A stretch of 64,000 nt of DNA, taken from contig JADLCD010000107.1 of NCBI GenBank assembly GCA_020847395.1, forward strand, positions 1,108-65,107, in the 5' to 3' direction. Shown here piece by piece: positions 34,614 to 44,901 of this stretch (position 1 is its first letter; every line of letters begins with the position of its first letter). The notes under the pieces were generated by a model. The model did not search any database and was not told the origin of the DNA. It saw only the letters and a program-made list of their open reading frames with translations. The position numbers were made by a program, and so were the translations under genes. This DNA comes from Chitinophagaceae bacterium. Lineage in GTDB: Bacteria; Bacteroidota; Bacteroidia; Chitinophagales; Chitinophagaceae.

Positions 34614-36290
34614 CTATTTAGTGCCTGCTGGTTTCTTTACAGGAGCACTACTTTTTTGTGGCTTATTAATAGCATTTTCAAGTACCTTTTTATTAGCCGC
34701 TGCATCTGCATTTGCCGGATCTACTTCCAATATTTTATCAAGGAATGTTACAGCAGTTGGATAATCTTTCAGATTATTTGCATAATAACCTGCCATAAAA
34801 CCATATGCCAACAATAACGCCTGTTTATTTTTTTGCTTATCAACCTCAGCTAACTCAATAAATTTCTTAGCATCTTCAACCGGTGCTGCCGATGGAATTC
34901 CTGCAGATATTGCAGCAGTATCTGCTGCCCATTTTGTACGGAAAGCAAGATAGTAGCCCTGCATATCATCAGGGAATTTGGTTTTATATAAAGTAGCTAC
35001 ACTATCAGCAGTAATAAATTTTTCTCCATAAAAATTTTCCCAACCTGCATAAAACATATCTACTTTACCATAATCCGGTTTGTAGGTAAGAATTTTGGTA
35101 AGCCAGTCAGCAGATTTCGCCCTGTCGTTTAATTTTTTATACATTTCAGATGCTGACTTGGCATAATTTACTTTATTAGCCACCACAGTATCCATGCTGA
35201 TTACCTTGTTAAAATACTCGTCAGCCTGCGCTACTTTATCAGGGAATTTAGCTGAGATCTGGGCCATTTTTACATAGTTATCAGGCAGAATAATATCAGG
35301 CGATGCTTTTGCGAGGAATAATTCCATATTCTTTAAAGCATTTACAGAATCGCCTAATTTATCGTAAGCATACGCTTTGGTACGGAATAATTTTGCATCC
35401 GCTTTATCACCATCTTTTTGAATTTTTTCATCTGCTTTTGCAATAGCACCCTGGAAATCGCCGGATGCATAAATCAGGCTGATTTCTTCAGCTTCAACGG
35501 AAGGAGTAAAGTCTGTATTGGCTTTGTATTTTGCAAAATAATCTTTCGCTTTATTTACATCGCGGCTGTACCAGTAGCTATACATATCATAATATGCTGG
35601 TGCGTATGCAGGGTCGATGGTAACGGCTTCTTCAAAATTTTTGAGGAATATGTCTTTTTGATCCGGACCCTGGGTTACATAAATTTTACCAATCTTATAT
35701 TTAGCTTCTGCTAATTTAGGATCTAGTCCAAATGCGCTCTGGTAGGCGGTTACAGCGGCGCCTCCATCCATTAATTTACGTTGGGCATCACCCAAATTAA
35801 TGTATACATCAGGCTCCTTGAATTTTTTAACCTGTGTAGCTAAAGTGAGTTTTTCAATAGCATATTTTGCATCTCCTTCGGCGGCGGAAGCATTGGCAAA
35901 ACCTACGGCATTTAATATACCTATATCTTTACCTTTTGTGAGGCTTATAGCAGTTTCAAACCGCTGGCGGGCTTCATTTGTTTTTTTCTCCATCAATTCA
36001 ACCTGGCCTATTCCAACCAGCAGCAAAGGATCGCTGCCCTTTGATTGTAAAGCTTTTTGAAATAAAGCTTTAGCGCCTGCTGTGTCTTTAAGAGCAATTA
36101 AGGTTTGTCCTAACCAGTATACTGCTTCTACATCATCCGGTTTAGCGGCTACGGCTTTCTCAAGCGCATTTTTTGCGCTCACATACTTTTCATAATAGTA
36201 GAACTTTTTCCCTTCGTCTACCGATTGCGCAAAAGCAACATTGCACAGTAAAGCAGAAGCTACTATTAATCTGATTGTGTGCTTGATCAT
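34614..36290 (-). CDS. Secreted TPR repeat protein
   Basis: 558 aa with a signal peptide (ASALLCNVAFAQ) and many TPR-like repeats (AL..DP....A.Y.LG..Y). Confidence 0.7.
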   Translation of the reverse strand: MIKHTIRLIVASALLCNVAFAQSVDEGKKFYYYEKYVSAKNALEKAVAAKPDDVEAVYWLGQTLIALKDTAGAKALFQKALQSKGSDPLLLVGIGQVELMEKKTNEARQRFETAISLTKGKDIGILNAVGFANASAAEGDAKYAIEKLTLATQVKKFKEPDVYINLGDAQRKLMDGGAAVTAYQSAFGLDPKLAEAKYKIGKIYVTQGPDQKDIFLKNFEEAVTIDPAYAPAYYDMYSYWYSRDVNKAKDYFAKYKANTDFTPSVEAEEISLIYASGDFQGAIAKADEKIQKDGDKADAKLFRTKAYAYDKLGDSVNALKNMELFLAKASPDIILPDNYVKMAQISAKFPDKVAQADEYFNKVISMDTVVANKVNYAKSASEMYKKLNDRAKSADWLTKILTYKPDYGKVDMFYAGWENFYGEKFITADSVATLYKTKFPDDMQGYYLAFRTKWAADTAAISAGIPSAAPVEDAKKFIELAEVDKQKNKQALLLAYGFMAGYYANNLKDYPTAVTFLDKILEVDPANADAAANKKVLENAINKPQKSSAPVKKPAGTK

Positions 36291-36344
36291 CTTTGATTGC
36301 GATTTTTTGATTTAAAATATTTGATAAAACTGATTACTGAACCT

Positions 36345-37286
36345 TTATTCTTCGCTTATTTGTGCATCTCTTACAGAGAAATCCATTTTAGATGGCACAA
36401 GATACGCTCTTTGAAAAATTAATTGACCTTTTTCTCCTTCAATGAAATTGGTGAATCCCCTGCCCAGCCCGCTATAGTTTTCCTTAAGTATATAATACAA
36501 ACCACGTACCATTGGGTATCTTTTGGTTGCTATATTTGCCTGGTAGGGCTTAATAAATTTTCCCGATTCACCTCTTGCTTCTATTGATGCCACCCTTACA
36601 TTGGTTAAAAATGCAAGTTGATCTTTATCTTCCGGGTTGCCAATCCAGCTTACGCCCACAAAACCTATTGCATTCTCATTTTTGGCAACATAATTAATTA
36701 CACCAACACTTGAATCAGCGCCTGCTATATCCGGAGATAATTTCTCCCCTTTCAATACTGAATCTACCATAAATCTTATGGTGCTGGTGGCTGTTTTACC
36801 ATCCAATACCGGGGTAAGCTTATATCCACTTATTCCTTTCATGAAAGACCTGATATCGCTCATAGTAAATAAAGAATCTTTCGCTTTATTATTTACAATA
36901 ACTGCTATAGCATCAGACGCGATTCTCCCGAAAGCCGGCTTAAAACCTATCGTATCTTTTAAAGAATTAACTTCATCTTCACTTAATCCTCTTGTTACTA
37001 TTACCATTCTTATACTATCATTCAACAGGTCTTTAAGGCATTCAGCCTCTGATTTATAATGTGGTATAATTACAGCCTTAGGGTATTGAGACATGAATAC
37101 CTTGATCTGTGAATCTATAATGGGTTTAAAAGATTCATCGGCGCTTATATTAATGGTACCTGAAGTAAGGTCGTCAGACCAATTGGCGATTTTTGGTTTA
37201 CCACCATTACAACTGGTGGTTGCAGATATTACAAAACCATACAGGCAAATAATTAATATTTTATATGATTCTTTAAACTGTTTCAT
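36345..37286 (-). CDS. PstS-like (PBP-like 2) substrate-binding lipoprotein
   Basis: Lipoprotein signal (ISATTSC). SGTINISADESFKPI and ...IGFVGVSWI are typical of PBP_like_2. No ABC permease or ATPase gene is nearby. Confidence 0.65.
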   Translation of the reverse strand: MKQFKESYKILIICLYGFVISATTSCNGGKPKIANWSDDLTSGTINISADESFKPIIDSQIKVFMSQYPKAVIIPHYKSEAECLKDLLNDSIRMVIVTRGLSEDEVNSLKDTIGFKPAFGRIASDAIAVIVNNKAKDSLFTMSDIRSFMKGISGYKLTPVLDGKTATSTIRFMVDSVLKGEKLSPDIAGADSSVGVINYVAKNENAIGFVGVSWIGNPEDKDQLAFLTNVRVASIEARGESGKFIKPYQANIATKRYPMVRGLYYILKENYSGLGRGFTNFIEGEKGQLIFQRAYLVPSKMDFSVRDAQISEE

Positions 37287-37573
37287 TTACCAATATTTTG
37301 TTTCTGGTATCCCCGGTATAACCTGAATGCGCCATAGGCAATACCTACAATCCCAAAAATAGTGTCTATCAAAGGGTCGCTTTTCATGAGTTCTATACCT
37401 AATTTTTTGTTGAACAGAAAGAATAATCCCACACAAATCCATAAAAAACCCATGGTGTAATCGTATAACACCTGGAAGCCAGAGGAGCGCTTCTTGTTCT
37501 TTTCATTCCAATTTTCCTGTACCGACATAATTTTTGGGACGGGCAAGTTAGGAAATCCTTCCGTATTTGCCAT
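37283..37573 (-). CDS. Small two-TM membrane protein, unknown function
   Basis: 96 aa with two hydrophobic helices. Its stop overlaps the start of the PstS-like gene by 4 nt, which suggests translational coupling. Confidence 0.45.
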   Translation of the reverse strand: MANTEGFPNLPVPKIMSVQENWNEKNKKRSSGFQVLYDYTMGFLWICVGLFFLFNKKLGIELMKSDPLIDTIFGIVGIAYGAFRLYRGYQKQNIGK

Positions 37574-37615
37574 AATGGTTATATCAAAAAATAAAGAAAT
37601 TTGGATATGTTTGAA

Positions 37616-37653
37616 GTTTATAGTTTGTGGTTTGTGTTTATTAAACTATAAAC
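37616..37653. terminator. Hairpin GTTTATAGTTT / AAACTATAAAC (11-bp perfect stem), a sibling of the purH hairpin
   Basis: 37616-37626 is the reverse complement of 37643-37653. The stem differs from the 2968/3017 stem by one compensated base pair. It lies downstream of the hydrolase gene. Confidence 0.45.
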
Positions 37654-37751
37654 AATAAACTACACCCCCCCTAACTATACCTCCGTTAATGCGTTTGTTT
37701 TATAAGATGCCATCTAAAAAAGATTCCACAAATTGGGGATTGAAGGGAAGA

Positions 37752-38789
37752 TCAGTAACTAACTGTAGTAAAACTGCCCCGGTTTACTTTAGGGATATCC
37801 AGCTTTTTATCCATAAACGCTTCAACAGCCCGCTGCACGCTTAATAAATCTTTTGAACGGATATAACTGCCGAGAACATGGCTGCCTGCATTGGGAATTG
37901 CCTGTTTTATTTTTTTATCGCGGGGCGTTCCTAACTCATCAAACATGGTGAGCATTGCAGGCACACTCACCGTACTATCCTGGTGCACCTCATCTTTATA
38001 ATAATACAACATCAACAAAGGCTGTTTTACTTTATTGAAGTTTTCTTTTGTCATGGTTGTTTCAAGATATTCTTCCAGTTCTGTAGCTGCTTTTAACGGG
38101 TAGCTCGAATACCAGTATTGTTTATACAGTGGCCGCTCATCTGCAGAAACAAGACTATCTCCACCATTAATCATTGTTGCAATCTGCAAGCCCCAGGCAT
38201 CATTCAGCAACCACGACTGTTCATGAAACAAAGCGATATTAGGACTGAGCAGAATTAATGCAGATACATCTTTAGGATAATTTGCTGCAAGCTGCAAGGC
38301 ATTGGTGCCGCCGGTTGACGTTCCCATCAGGATAACATTTTCGCCTATTTGCTTACCTATTGCCAGCGCTTCTTTAGCACTCTCCCAATATAAAGATGGC
38401 GTGAGGTTGGCAAGCGGCGCGCTTGTATCAACACCATGTTCGGCCAGCCGTGAGAGATACAGGTTACACCCAAACTCTTTGGCGATGTTTGTGTGTATGG
38501 GTCTGCCTTCTTCCTGCGATGCTGAAAAACCATGCAGGTATACAATGGCATATTTTGTTTTCTGTTTTAATGAATCATTATACCAAACAATTCTTGCTTC
38601 ATTATTTGGTTTTAGTTTGTGTTTTGATTCATTGCTTTTAATAAAAGTTTCAAGCAATGCCGCATCGGCAGGAACAGCAGGAATTTGCATACCATATACC
38701 GGCGTAGCAGGTTTTGGTCCGAATATTATCAACAGTGCAATAATTACAACAATTGCCACAATAATTTTTGCTGAGGTTTTCTTGAGCAT
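37752..38789 (-). CDS. Alpha/beta hydrolase with an N-terminal membrane anchor or signal
   Basis: 345 aa with a nucleophile elbow GTSTGG and a HGF oxyanion region (VYLHGFSAS). Confidence 0.7.
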   Translation of the reverse strand: MLKKTSAKIIVAIVVIIALLIIFGPKPATPVYGMQIPAVPADAALLETFIKSNESKHKLKPNNEARIVWYNDSLKQKTKYAIVYLHGFSASQEEGRPIHTNIAKEFGCNLYLSRLAEHGVDTSAPLANLTPSLYWESAKEALAIGKQIGENVILMGTSTGGTNALQLAANYPKDVSALILLSPNIALFHEQSWLLNDAWGLQIATMINGGDSLVSADERPLYKQYWYSSYPLKAATELEEYLETTMTKENFNKVKQPLLMLYYYKDEVHQDSTVSVPAMLTMFDELGTPRDKKIKQAIPNAGSHVLGSYIRSKDLLSVQRAVEAFMDKKLDIPKVNRGSFTTVSY

Positions 38790-39000
38790 AGGGATAAATG
38801 TGTAAGCTAATCTACTAAGATTTATTTTCTTCTCTGTTAAAGTTTAACGCCAATCTAACAAAACCAACTGCCTAATGTTAAAATCACTGTCTAACTGTAA
38901 TCATAATCTATTTTCTGCAATGATATGGCATGATTGGCATCATTTTATTGAACTATAACTGAAGTAAAGATTTTTTAATACAAACATCAGGAGAAATTTT

Positions 39001-39777
39001 ATGAAAAAACTAATGTTAATCCGTAAGCATTGGCTTGCTCTGTGCACAGTTTTATTTTCTGCCATCTTATTTTCTTCATGTATGAAGAATAATAACAGCG
39101 ACCAGGAAACCCCGGTAGCAGGTCTTATCGCATTTAACCTTGCACCGCAGCAATCTGCCGTAGGTTTTCAGCTATCAGGTAATAATCTTACCAATACAGC
39201 ATTATCGTATACAAATTATACAGGAGGATATCTTGGCATTTATACCGGTGCAAGGTCAGTAACGGCAATTGATGCAAACACAAACTCAACGCTGGCTTCT
39301 ACAGACTATATTTTTGAAAAAGACAAATATTATTCGCTCTTTTTGGTTGGCGATACTACTTATCAAAATATAATTGTGGATGATAAAATAGATAGTCTTT
39401 CCGGCAATGGCAAAGCGTATATCAGGTATATTAACGCCATTGCAGATGCAGGCACACCTGTAGTAAATATTTCAGAAAATGGGAATAGTCTCATTAACGA
39501 TAATGCTGCATTTAAAAATGTTTCAGCATTTGTTGCAGCTACTCCCGGCGCCGTTAGCATCAGTGTAAATAACAACGGTAATATACAGGCGCAAAGAAGT
39601 ATTACACTTGAAGAAAGAAAAGTATATACCGCTTTACTTATAGGAGTGCCTGGTTCAACAGATAGTTTGAAGAGTGTACAAATCAGGTATATTGAAAATG
39701 GCACCTTATCAGCAGATACAACAGCTACAGGACAGGGATTTTCACGTGTTAATCCATCATCTGTAAAAATCAATTAA
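39001..39777 (+). CDS. DUF4397 domain lipoprotein
   Basis: Lipoprotein signal (ILFSSC). The pattern of repeated beta-rich segments (IAFNLAP..., IRYINAIAD...) is typical of DUF4397. Confidence 0.65.
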   Translation: MKKLMLIRKHWLALCTVLFSAILFSSCMKNNNSDQETPVAGLIAFNLAPQQSAVGFQLSGNNLTNTALSYTNYTGGYLGIYTGARSVTAIDANTNSTLASTDYIFEKDKYYSLFLVGDTTYQNIIVDDKIDSLSGNGKAYIRYINAIADAGTPVVNISENGNSLINDNAAFKNVSAFVAATPGAVSISVNNNGNIQAQRSITLEERKVYTALLIGVPGSTDSLKSVQIRYIENGTLSADTTATGQGFSRVNPSSVKIN

Positions 39778-39889
39778 ATATTTCGTTTCTGATTTATGTA
39801 CACATGCCCGGAAAATTAACTTTCCGGGTATTTTTTTGCATATGCTTTCTTTTATATCTTGTTGCCCTGAAAAATATAAAAAGAATAGC

Positions 39890-41797
39890 ATGAGATTTTC
39901 GCTTATCGCAGTTTGCCTCTTATTTACCATTTACTCTTTTGCCCAAAACCCAAAACCGGCTATTGTACCGGAACCGGTATCTATAATTGAAAAGCAGGGT
40001 GTATACAGCCTTACTGAAAACAGCAGTATATATATTGCTGCCGGCAATAACGAGCTTGGCAGAATAGCTGCTTACCTGCAAAAATCCATCAACACTTCAA
40101 CGGGTTTTAATATTAAAACTTCAACCGCAACAAGTACAAATGGTATAATACTTTCGTTAAATGCCACGGCAGATAATGAGCTGGGCAATGAAGGATATAC
40201 ACTTAATGTAACAAGCGATAACATAACCGTATCAGCCAATGCGCCTGCCGGTTTATTTTATGCTGTGCAAACATTATTGCAGTTGCTTCCAAAAGAAATA
40301 GAAAGCAGAAGCGCTGTAAAAAATATTAACTGGACAATACCTGCTGTTGAAATAAAAGATTATCCAAGATTTGGGTGGAGAGGATTAATGTTTGATGTTT
40401 CCCGCCACTTTTTTACAAAAGCCGAAGTAAAGCAGTTTATAGATGAAATGGCGAGATACAAATTCAACCTGCTACATATGCATCTTACTGATGACCAGGG
40501 TTGGAGAATTGAAATAAAAAGCTATCCCAAACTTACTTCTGTTGGCGCATGGAATGTGAAGAAAACAGGAACCTTCAATTATTTTTCTAACCCCTTGCCA
40601 GATGAGCCACGCAATTACGGCGGATTTTATACGCAGGACGATTTGAAAGAAATTGTTCAGTATGCAAAAGACCAGTTCATTAATATATTGCCCGAAGTAG
40701 ATGTACCGGGGCACAGTCTTGCCGCTATTGCTTCATACCCCGAACTTTCCTGCACACCCGGCGCTGATAAATACAAAGTAAATTCCGGAGAAAAATTTAT
40801 GGTGTGGCCGCCTAAGGGACATTTTTATGGATTGGTTGATAACACGCTTTGCCCGGCCAATGAAAAAGTATATGAATTTTTAGACAAGGTTTTTACGGAA
40901 GTGGCGCAAATATTTCCTTTTGAATATATACATATGGGTGGTGATGAAACCGCAAGAAATTTTTGGGAAAAAAGCCCGCAGATAAAAGCATTGATGCAGA
41001 GAGAAAAGTTGAAGAATTTAGATGAAGTGCAAAGCTATTTTGTAAAACGCGTTGAAAAAATAGTGAATGCCAAAGGCAAAAAACTTATTGGCTGGGATGA
41101 AATATTACAAGGCGGACTTGCGCCTAATGCAGCAGTAATGAGTTGGAGAGGCATTGAAGGTGGCATTGCCGCGGCTAAAGAAAAACATGAAGTGGTAATG
41201 AGTCCTTCAACACATGTATACCTTGATTATATGCAGGGCGACGCCTCTATTGAGCCACCGGTATATGCTTCGTTAAGATTAAGTAAGGCATACCAGTTTG
41301 AACCTGTACCGGATGGCGTAGACCCGCAATTTATTAAAGGCGGGCAGGGAAATTTATGGACAGAACAAGTGTATAATATGCGCCACCTGCAATATATGAT
41401 TTGGCCAAGAGCATTTGCTGTTTCCGAAGCGGTATGGTCGCCAAAAGAAAAAAGAAACTGGGATGATTTTGCCGGCCGCGTAGAAAAACAATTTGAGCGT
41501 TTTGATTTGGCAGATAAAAAATATTCACCTGCTATATACGACCCGATTGTTACTGCAAAAAAAGATGCTCAGAATCTTCCGGTTATAACAATGGCTACAG
41601 AAATAAAAGGGTTGGATATTTATTACAGTTTTGATAATTCTTTTCCGGATAAATATTATCCAAAATATACAGCGCCGGTTACTATGCCCAAAGATGCTGT
41701 GACGATGAAAATCATTACTTACCGCAACGGCAAACCAATAGGAAGAATGATAACTATTTCAGCAGCAGATTTAAAGAAAAGAGCAGGCATCAAATAA
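39890..41797 (+). CDS. GH20 beta-N-acetylhexosaminidase
   Basis: DYPRFGWRGLMFDVSRHF, LHMHLTDDQGWRIE and HMGGDE catalytic motifs. The start is set at MRFSLIAV (signal peptide) rather than the TTG at 39836. Confidence 0.9.
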   Translation: MRFSLIAVCLLFTIYSFAQNPKPAIVPEPVSIIEKQGVYSLTENSSIYIAAGNNELGRIAAYLQKSINTSTGFNIKTSTATSTNGIILSLNATADNELGNEGYTLNVTSDNITVSANAPAGLFYAVQTLLQLLPKEIESRSAVKNINWTIPAVEIKDYPRFGWRGLMFDVSRHFFTKAEVKQFIDEMARYKFNLLHMHLTDDQGWRIEIKSYPKLTSVGAWNVKKTGTFNYFSNPLPDEPRNYGGFYTQDDLKEIVQYAKDQFINILPEVDVPGHSLAAIASYPELSCTPGADKYKVNSGEKFMVWPPKGHFYGLVDNTLCPANEKVYEFLDKVFTEVAQIFPFEYIHMGGDETARNFWEKSPQIKALMQREKLKNLDEVQSYFVKRVEKIVNAKGKKLIGWDEILQGGLAPNAAVMSWRGIEGGIAAAKEKHEVVMSPSTHVYLDYMQGDASIEPPVYASLRLSKAYQFEPVPDGVDPQFIKGGQGNLWTEQVYNMRHLQYMIWPRAFAVSEAVWSPKEKRNWDDFAGRVEKQFERFDLADKKYSPAIYDPIVTAKKDAQNLPVITMATEIKGLDIYYSFDNSFPDKYYPKYTAPVTMPKDAVTMKIITYRNGKPIGRMITISAADLKKRAGIK

Positions 41798-41803
41798 AAA
41801 ATA

Positions 41804-42802
41804 TTAAATATCAGGCTGCAGTGGCTTATCCATATTTTGGTCATCCACAGACTTGACAATCTTTTTTGCTTCGGGTTGTTTTTGAATAGATTTTTCAGAT
41901 TCAATTTCTACTTCTTTCACCCAAACGGCATATTTATCGGGGTATATGTGCGAACCCGTTTCAATAGCATATACCCTGGTAAAAATGGCGCCAAAGTATA
42001 ATATAAGTGCGGAATAATATACCCATAGTAAAATTACAATTACTGAGCCTGCTGCTCCGTAAGCAGATGTCATAGAACTACGACCAAGGTAGTAACTGAT
42101 TAAAAACTTTCCGCCCATAAAAAGTAATGCTGTTGTAAAAGCGCCTACCCTTACATTGCACCACTGTATTTTAGCATCGGGCAATACTTTAAAAATAATA
42201 CCGAACAAAAAAGAAGTAATCACAAAAGTGAGCACTACATTGGCAATATATACCGCTGCTACTTCTGTTTGCGGGAAAAGTATGGTAAGCCGGTGAATAA
42301 ACGCATCCATTAATCCGTTGGCAATAAGGGAAACCAACAGGAGAAAACCAAGCGTTATAATAATTGAAAAAGATAACAGCCTGTTTACAAGCAATTTTAC
42401 CCAACCTTTGCGGGGCTTGGCTTTCAGCCGCCATATCAGGTTAATGGAATCCTGTATTTCTCCAAACACACTGGTAGCGCCAATGATGAGCGTAATAACA
42501 CCAATAATTGTTGTAAGCTTATTGCCGGTAGATAATGTTGCATTTTTAATAGTATCCTGTATCTGAACAGCGGCCTGTCGTCCTACCAGGTCCGCTATCT
42601 CGCCGTACACAGAGCCTTCAATAGCAGCACGTCCATAAAAAATATCTCCGAGCCATATTACTATAATTACAAGCCCGGGCAAAGAGAATAATGTATAATA
42701 CGATAATGCAGCGCTTAATTTAAAAACCCTTTCTGCTAAAAAAGCTAAAAAAGATTTTTTAATAATACGCCAGGCCGTTTTTAATCTATTCATCAGCCAC
42801 AA
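41804..42802 (-). CDS. YihY/BrkB family membrane protein
   Basis: 332 aa with the AAALSYYTLFSLPG motif and 6 TM helices. The hydrophilic C-terminal tail is unusually long. Confidence 0.8.
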   Translation of the reverse strand: MWLMNRLKTAWRIIKKSFLAFLAERVFKLSAALSYYTLFSLPGLVIIVIWLGDIFYGRAAIEGSVYGEIADLVGRQAAVQIQDTIKNATLSTGNKLTTIIGVITLIIGATSVFGEIQDSINLIWRLKAKPRKGWVKLLVNRLLSFSIIITLGFLLLVSLIANGLMDAFIHRLTILFPQTEVAAVYIANVVLTFVITSFLFGIIFKVLPDAKIQWCNVRVGAFTTALLFMGGKFLISYYLGRSSMTSAYGAAGSVIVILLWVYYSALILYFGAIFTRVYAIETGSHIYPDKYAVWVKEVEIESEKSIQKQPEAKKIVKSVDDQNMDKPLQPDI

Positions 42803-42858
42803 TTATAAAAAAATTATGCCGGAAATAAATTAGGGCGTATCCAAAATTCAGGGATATC

Positions 42859-42925
42859 GCTTTTACGCGAGGGAGAAATCTGCCGGGCACTTGTCCCCCG
42901 AGGCACGAGGGGGCTATGCGTTAAG
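42859..42925. repeat. Diverged family 1-like GC-rich palindromic element in the yihY/gntP divergent spacer
   Basis: The termini GCTTTTACGC / GCGTTAAGC resemble TTTCACGC / GCGTGAAA. There is an internal CCCCC...GGGGG stem. It is a GC island within an AT-rich spacer. Confidence 0.3.
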
Positions 42926-43042
42926 CAGTATGAGGGCAAACTACATGTGAAGCGAAAATTTGGAATGCACCCATACATTAAAGCATTATATGCTCTATAA
43001 ATAATTGTATACATATTTTCTATATAGTATCTTGAACATATT

Positions 43043-44371
43043 ATGGCATCCTCTTTTCCTCAGTTCATTTTCCTTTTGCTTACAAGTATTGCTATTATTG
43101 TATTGCTAACAGTAAAATATAAGGTTCACGCTTTTTTTGCTTTGAGCATTGCATGCGCCGTTATGGGTTTGGGAATAGGATTGCCGGCAGATGCTGTAAT
43201 AAATACAATGAAACAGGGCTTTGGGCATATTATGCAATCACTTGGTTTTATTATTGTTTTTGGAACAGTGCTGGGCGTAATTCTTGAACATACCGGTTGT
43301 ACCAACGCAATGGCATCGTCCATTCTTAAAAAAACCGGCGAAAAAAAATCAGCATTGGCAATGAATATTACCGGCTTTTTAGTGGGGCTGCCTATTTTTT
43401 GCGATTCAGGATATATTGTTTTAAGCGGTTTAAATAATCAACTGGCACAGCGCTCAAAATTGCCTATGCCTTTTATGGCAACAGCGCTTGCCGCCGGGCT
43501 GTATGCTGTTCATTGTCTTATACCACCACATCCAGGCGCGGCCGCTGCTGCAGGCACTTTAAATGTAGCGTTAGGTAAACTTATTATATGGGGTATTGTT
43601 GTTGCAGTACCTGCAACTATAACAGGGTATGCCTGGGCTAAATATGCCAGCAAAAAAATTGTTGTAGAAAATATACCGGTGGTTTCAAAAGATACTGAAT
43701 ATGCTATTAAGCCCACGGCGGTGCAGGCTTTTTTGCCGGTTATTGCACCAATTATTTTGATTGCCTGCGGGGCGTTTGCTACCATGGAAAACAATCAGCA
43801 TTTGCTTTGGAAAATATTAAGTGTGGCAGGTAACCCGGTAATAGCCCTTTTTATTGGCATATTGCTAACCATTCCTGTTTTATACAAATGTTCTAAAAAC
43901 CAGGTAAGCCGCATGCTTCAGGATGGCGCGGAAAAAGCAGGTGGCATATTGGTAATTATAGGGGCTGGCGGTGCATTTGGTGCTATACTAAATGCAACAA
44001 ATATCGGTAATCATCTTGGAGATAATCTGCCGCTTGAAAAAATCGGGATTTTCTTTCCTTTCCTGCTGGCATCATTATTAAAAACAGCGCAGGGCTCCTC
44101 AACGGTAGCCATTATTACAGCAGCATCTATTGTACAACCTTTATTACCTGCTTTAGAATTAAACACTGCATCAGGAAGTTTGCTGGCGGTATTATCAATG
44201 GGAGCAGGTTCTATGATGATATCTCATGCCAATGATGCTTATTTCTGGGTAATCAGTAAATTTTCCGGGGTTGAAATGAAAACCATGCTGCGGGTATATT
44301 CTGTGGCAACTGTGTGGATGGGGTTAAGTTCCATAATCTTCATTTACCTGCTTTCATTGCTTATAGGCTAA
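43043..44371 (+). CDS. GntP family (gluconate/organic acid:H+) permease
   Basis: 442 aa with about 12 TM helices and GntP-type motifs (GLPIFCDSGYIVL, PPHPGA, HANDAYFW). Confidence 0.85.
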   Translation: MASSFPQFIFLLLTSIAIIVLLTVKYKVHAFFALSIACAVMGLGIGLPADAVINTMKQGFGHIMQSLGFIIVFGTVLGVILEHTGCTNAMASSILKKTGEKKSALAMNITGFLVGLPIFCDSGYIVLSGLNNQLAQRSKLPMPFMATALAAGLYAVHCLIPPHPGAAAAAGTLNVALGKLIIWGIVVAVPATITGYAWAKYASKKIVVENIPVVSKDTEYAIKPTAVQAFLPVIAPIILIACGAFATMENNQHLLWKILSVAGNPVIALFIGILLTIPVLYKCSKNQVSRMLQDGAEKAGGILVIIGAGGAFGAILNATNIGNHLGDNLPLEKIGIFFPFLLASLLKTAQGSSTVAIITAASIVQPLLPALELNTASGSLLAVLSMGAGSMMISHANDAYFWVISKFSGVEMKTMLRVYSVATVWMGLSSIIFIYLLSLLIG

Positions 44372-44510
44372 CTCATAGGCGTTATATATATAAACCCCTA
44401 AATCATATACAAACCTGCAAAAAAATATGCTGTAATCTATACCTGTTGCAATAACATTACAATAACATACGTTAATCGTCAAACCTTTAAACTCAAAAAA
44501 ACCTAATGTC

Positions 44511-44780
44511 ATGAAAAAAACTTTTATTGCTTTATTCGCCATTGCCGCTATAGGTGGAACCATTGCAAGCTGTAAAAAAGAAAAAACGGTTGATTGTGTA
44601 AGTGCTGCAACAAATGCAACAAAGGCTCTTGAAGTTTATATGGGCAATCAGTCTGTAGCTAATTGCAAAAATTATAAGGCTGCTTTGCAGGATTATATTA
44701 ACAGTAGCTGTTTTGCCTCATTATCTGCTGAGCAGAAAGCTTCATACCAGGAATCAGTTAATGCGCTTACCTGCGAATAA
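44511..44780 (+). CDS. Small Cys-containing lipoprotein, unknown function
   Basis: 89 aa with a lipobox (GTIASC) and four further Cys. It lies between gntP and a GH20 gene. Confidence 0.45.
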   Translation: MKKTFIALFAIAAIGGTIASCKKEKTVDCVSAATNATKALEVYMGNQSVANCKNYKAALQDYINSSCFASLSAEQKASYQESVNALTCE

Positions 44781-44901
44781 TAATTATTTCTCCTGTTTAT
44801 ATGGCGCCTTTATTATCAAAGGCGCTTTTTATTTTTATTAGGGTGAATAAATCAGTATACATTCGCGGTTTTAGTCTCATGAATATTGAAATTTCACCCC
44901 T

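Noticed and set aside
42814-43014. 66-aa minus-strand ORF, and the idea of a riboswitch upstream of gntP or yihY
   Set aside because: The ORF covers the GC-rich palindromic element. I could not match the region to any riboswitch consensus I know (TPP, cobalamin B12 box, FMN, SAM, fluoride). It is reported only as a diverged repeat candidate.
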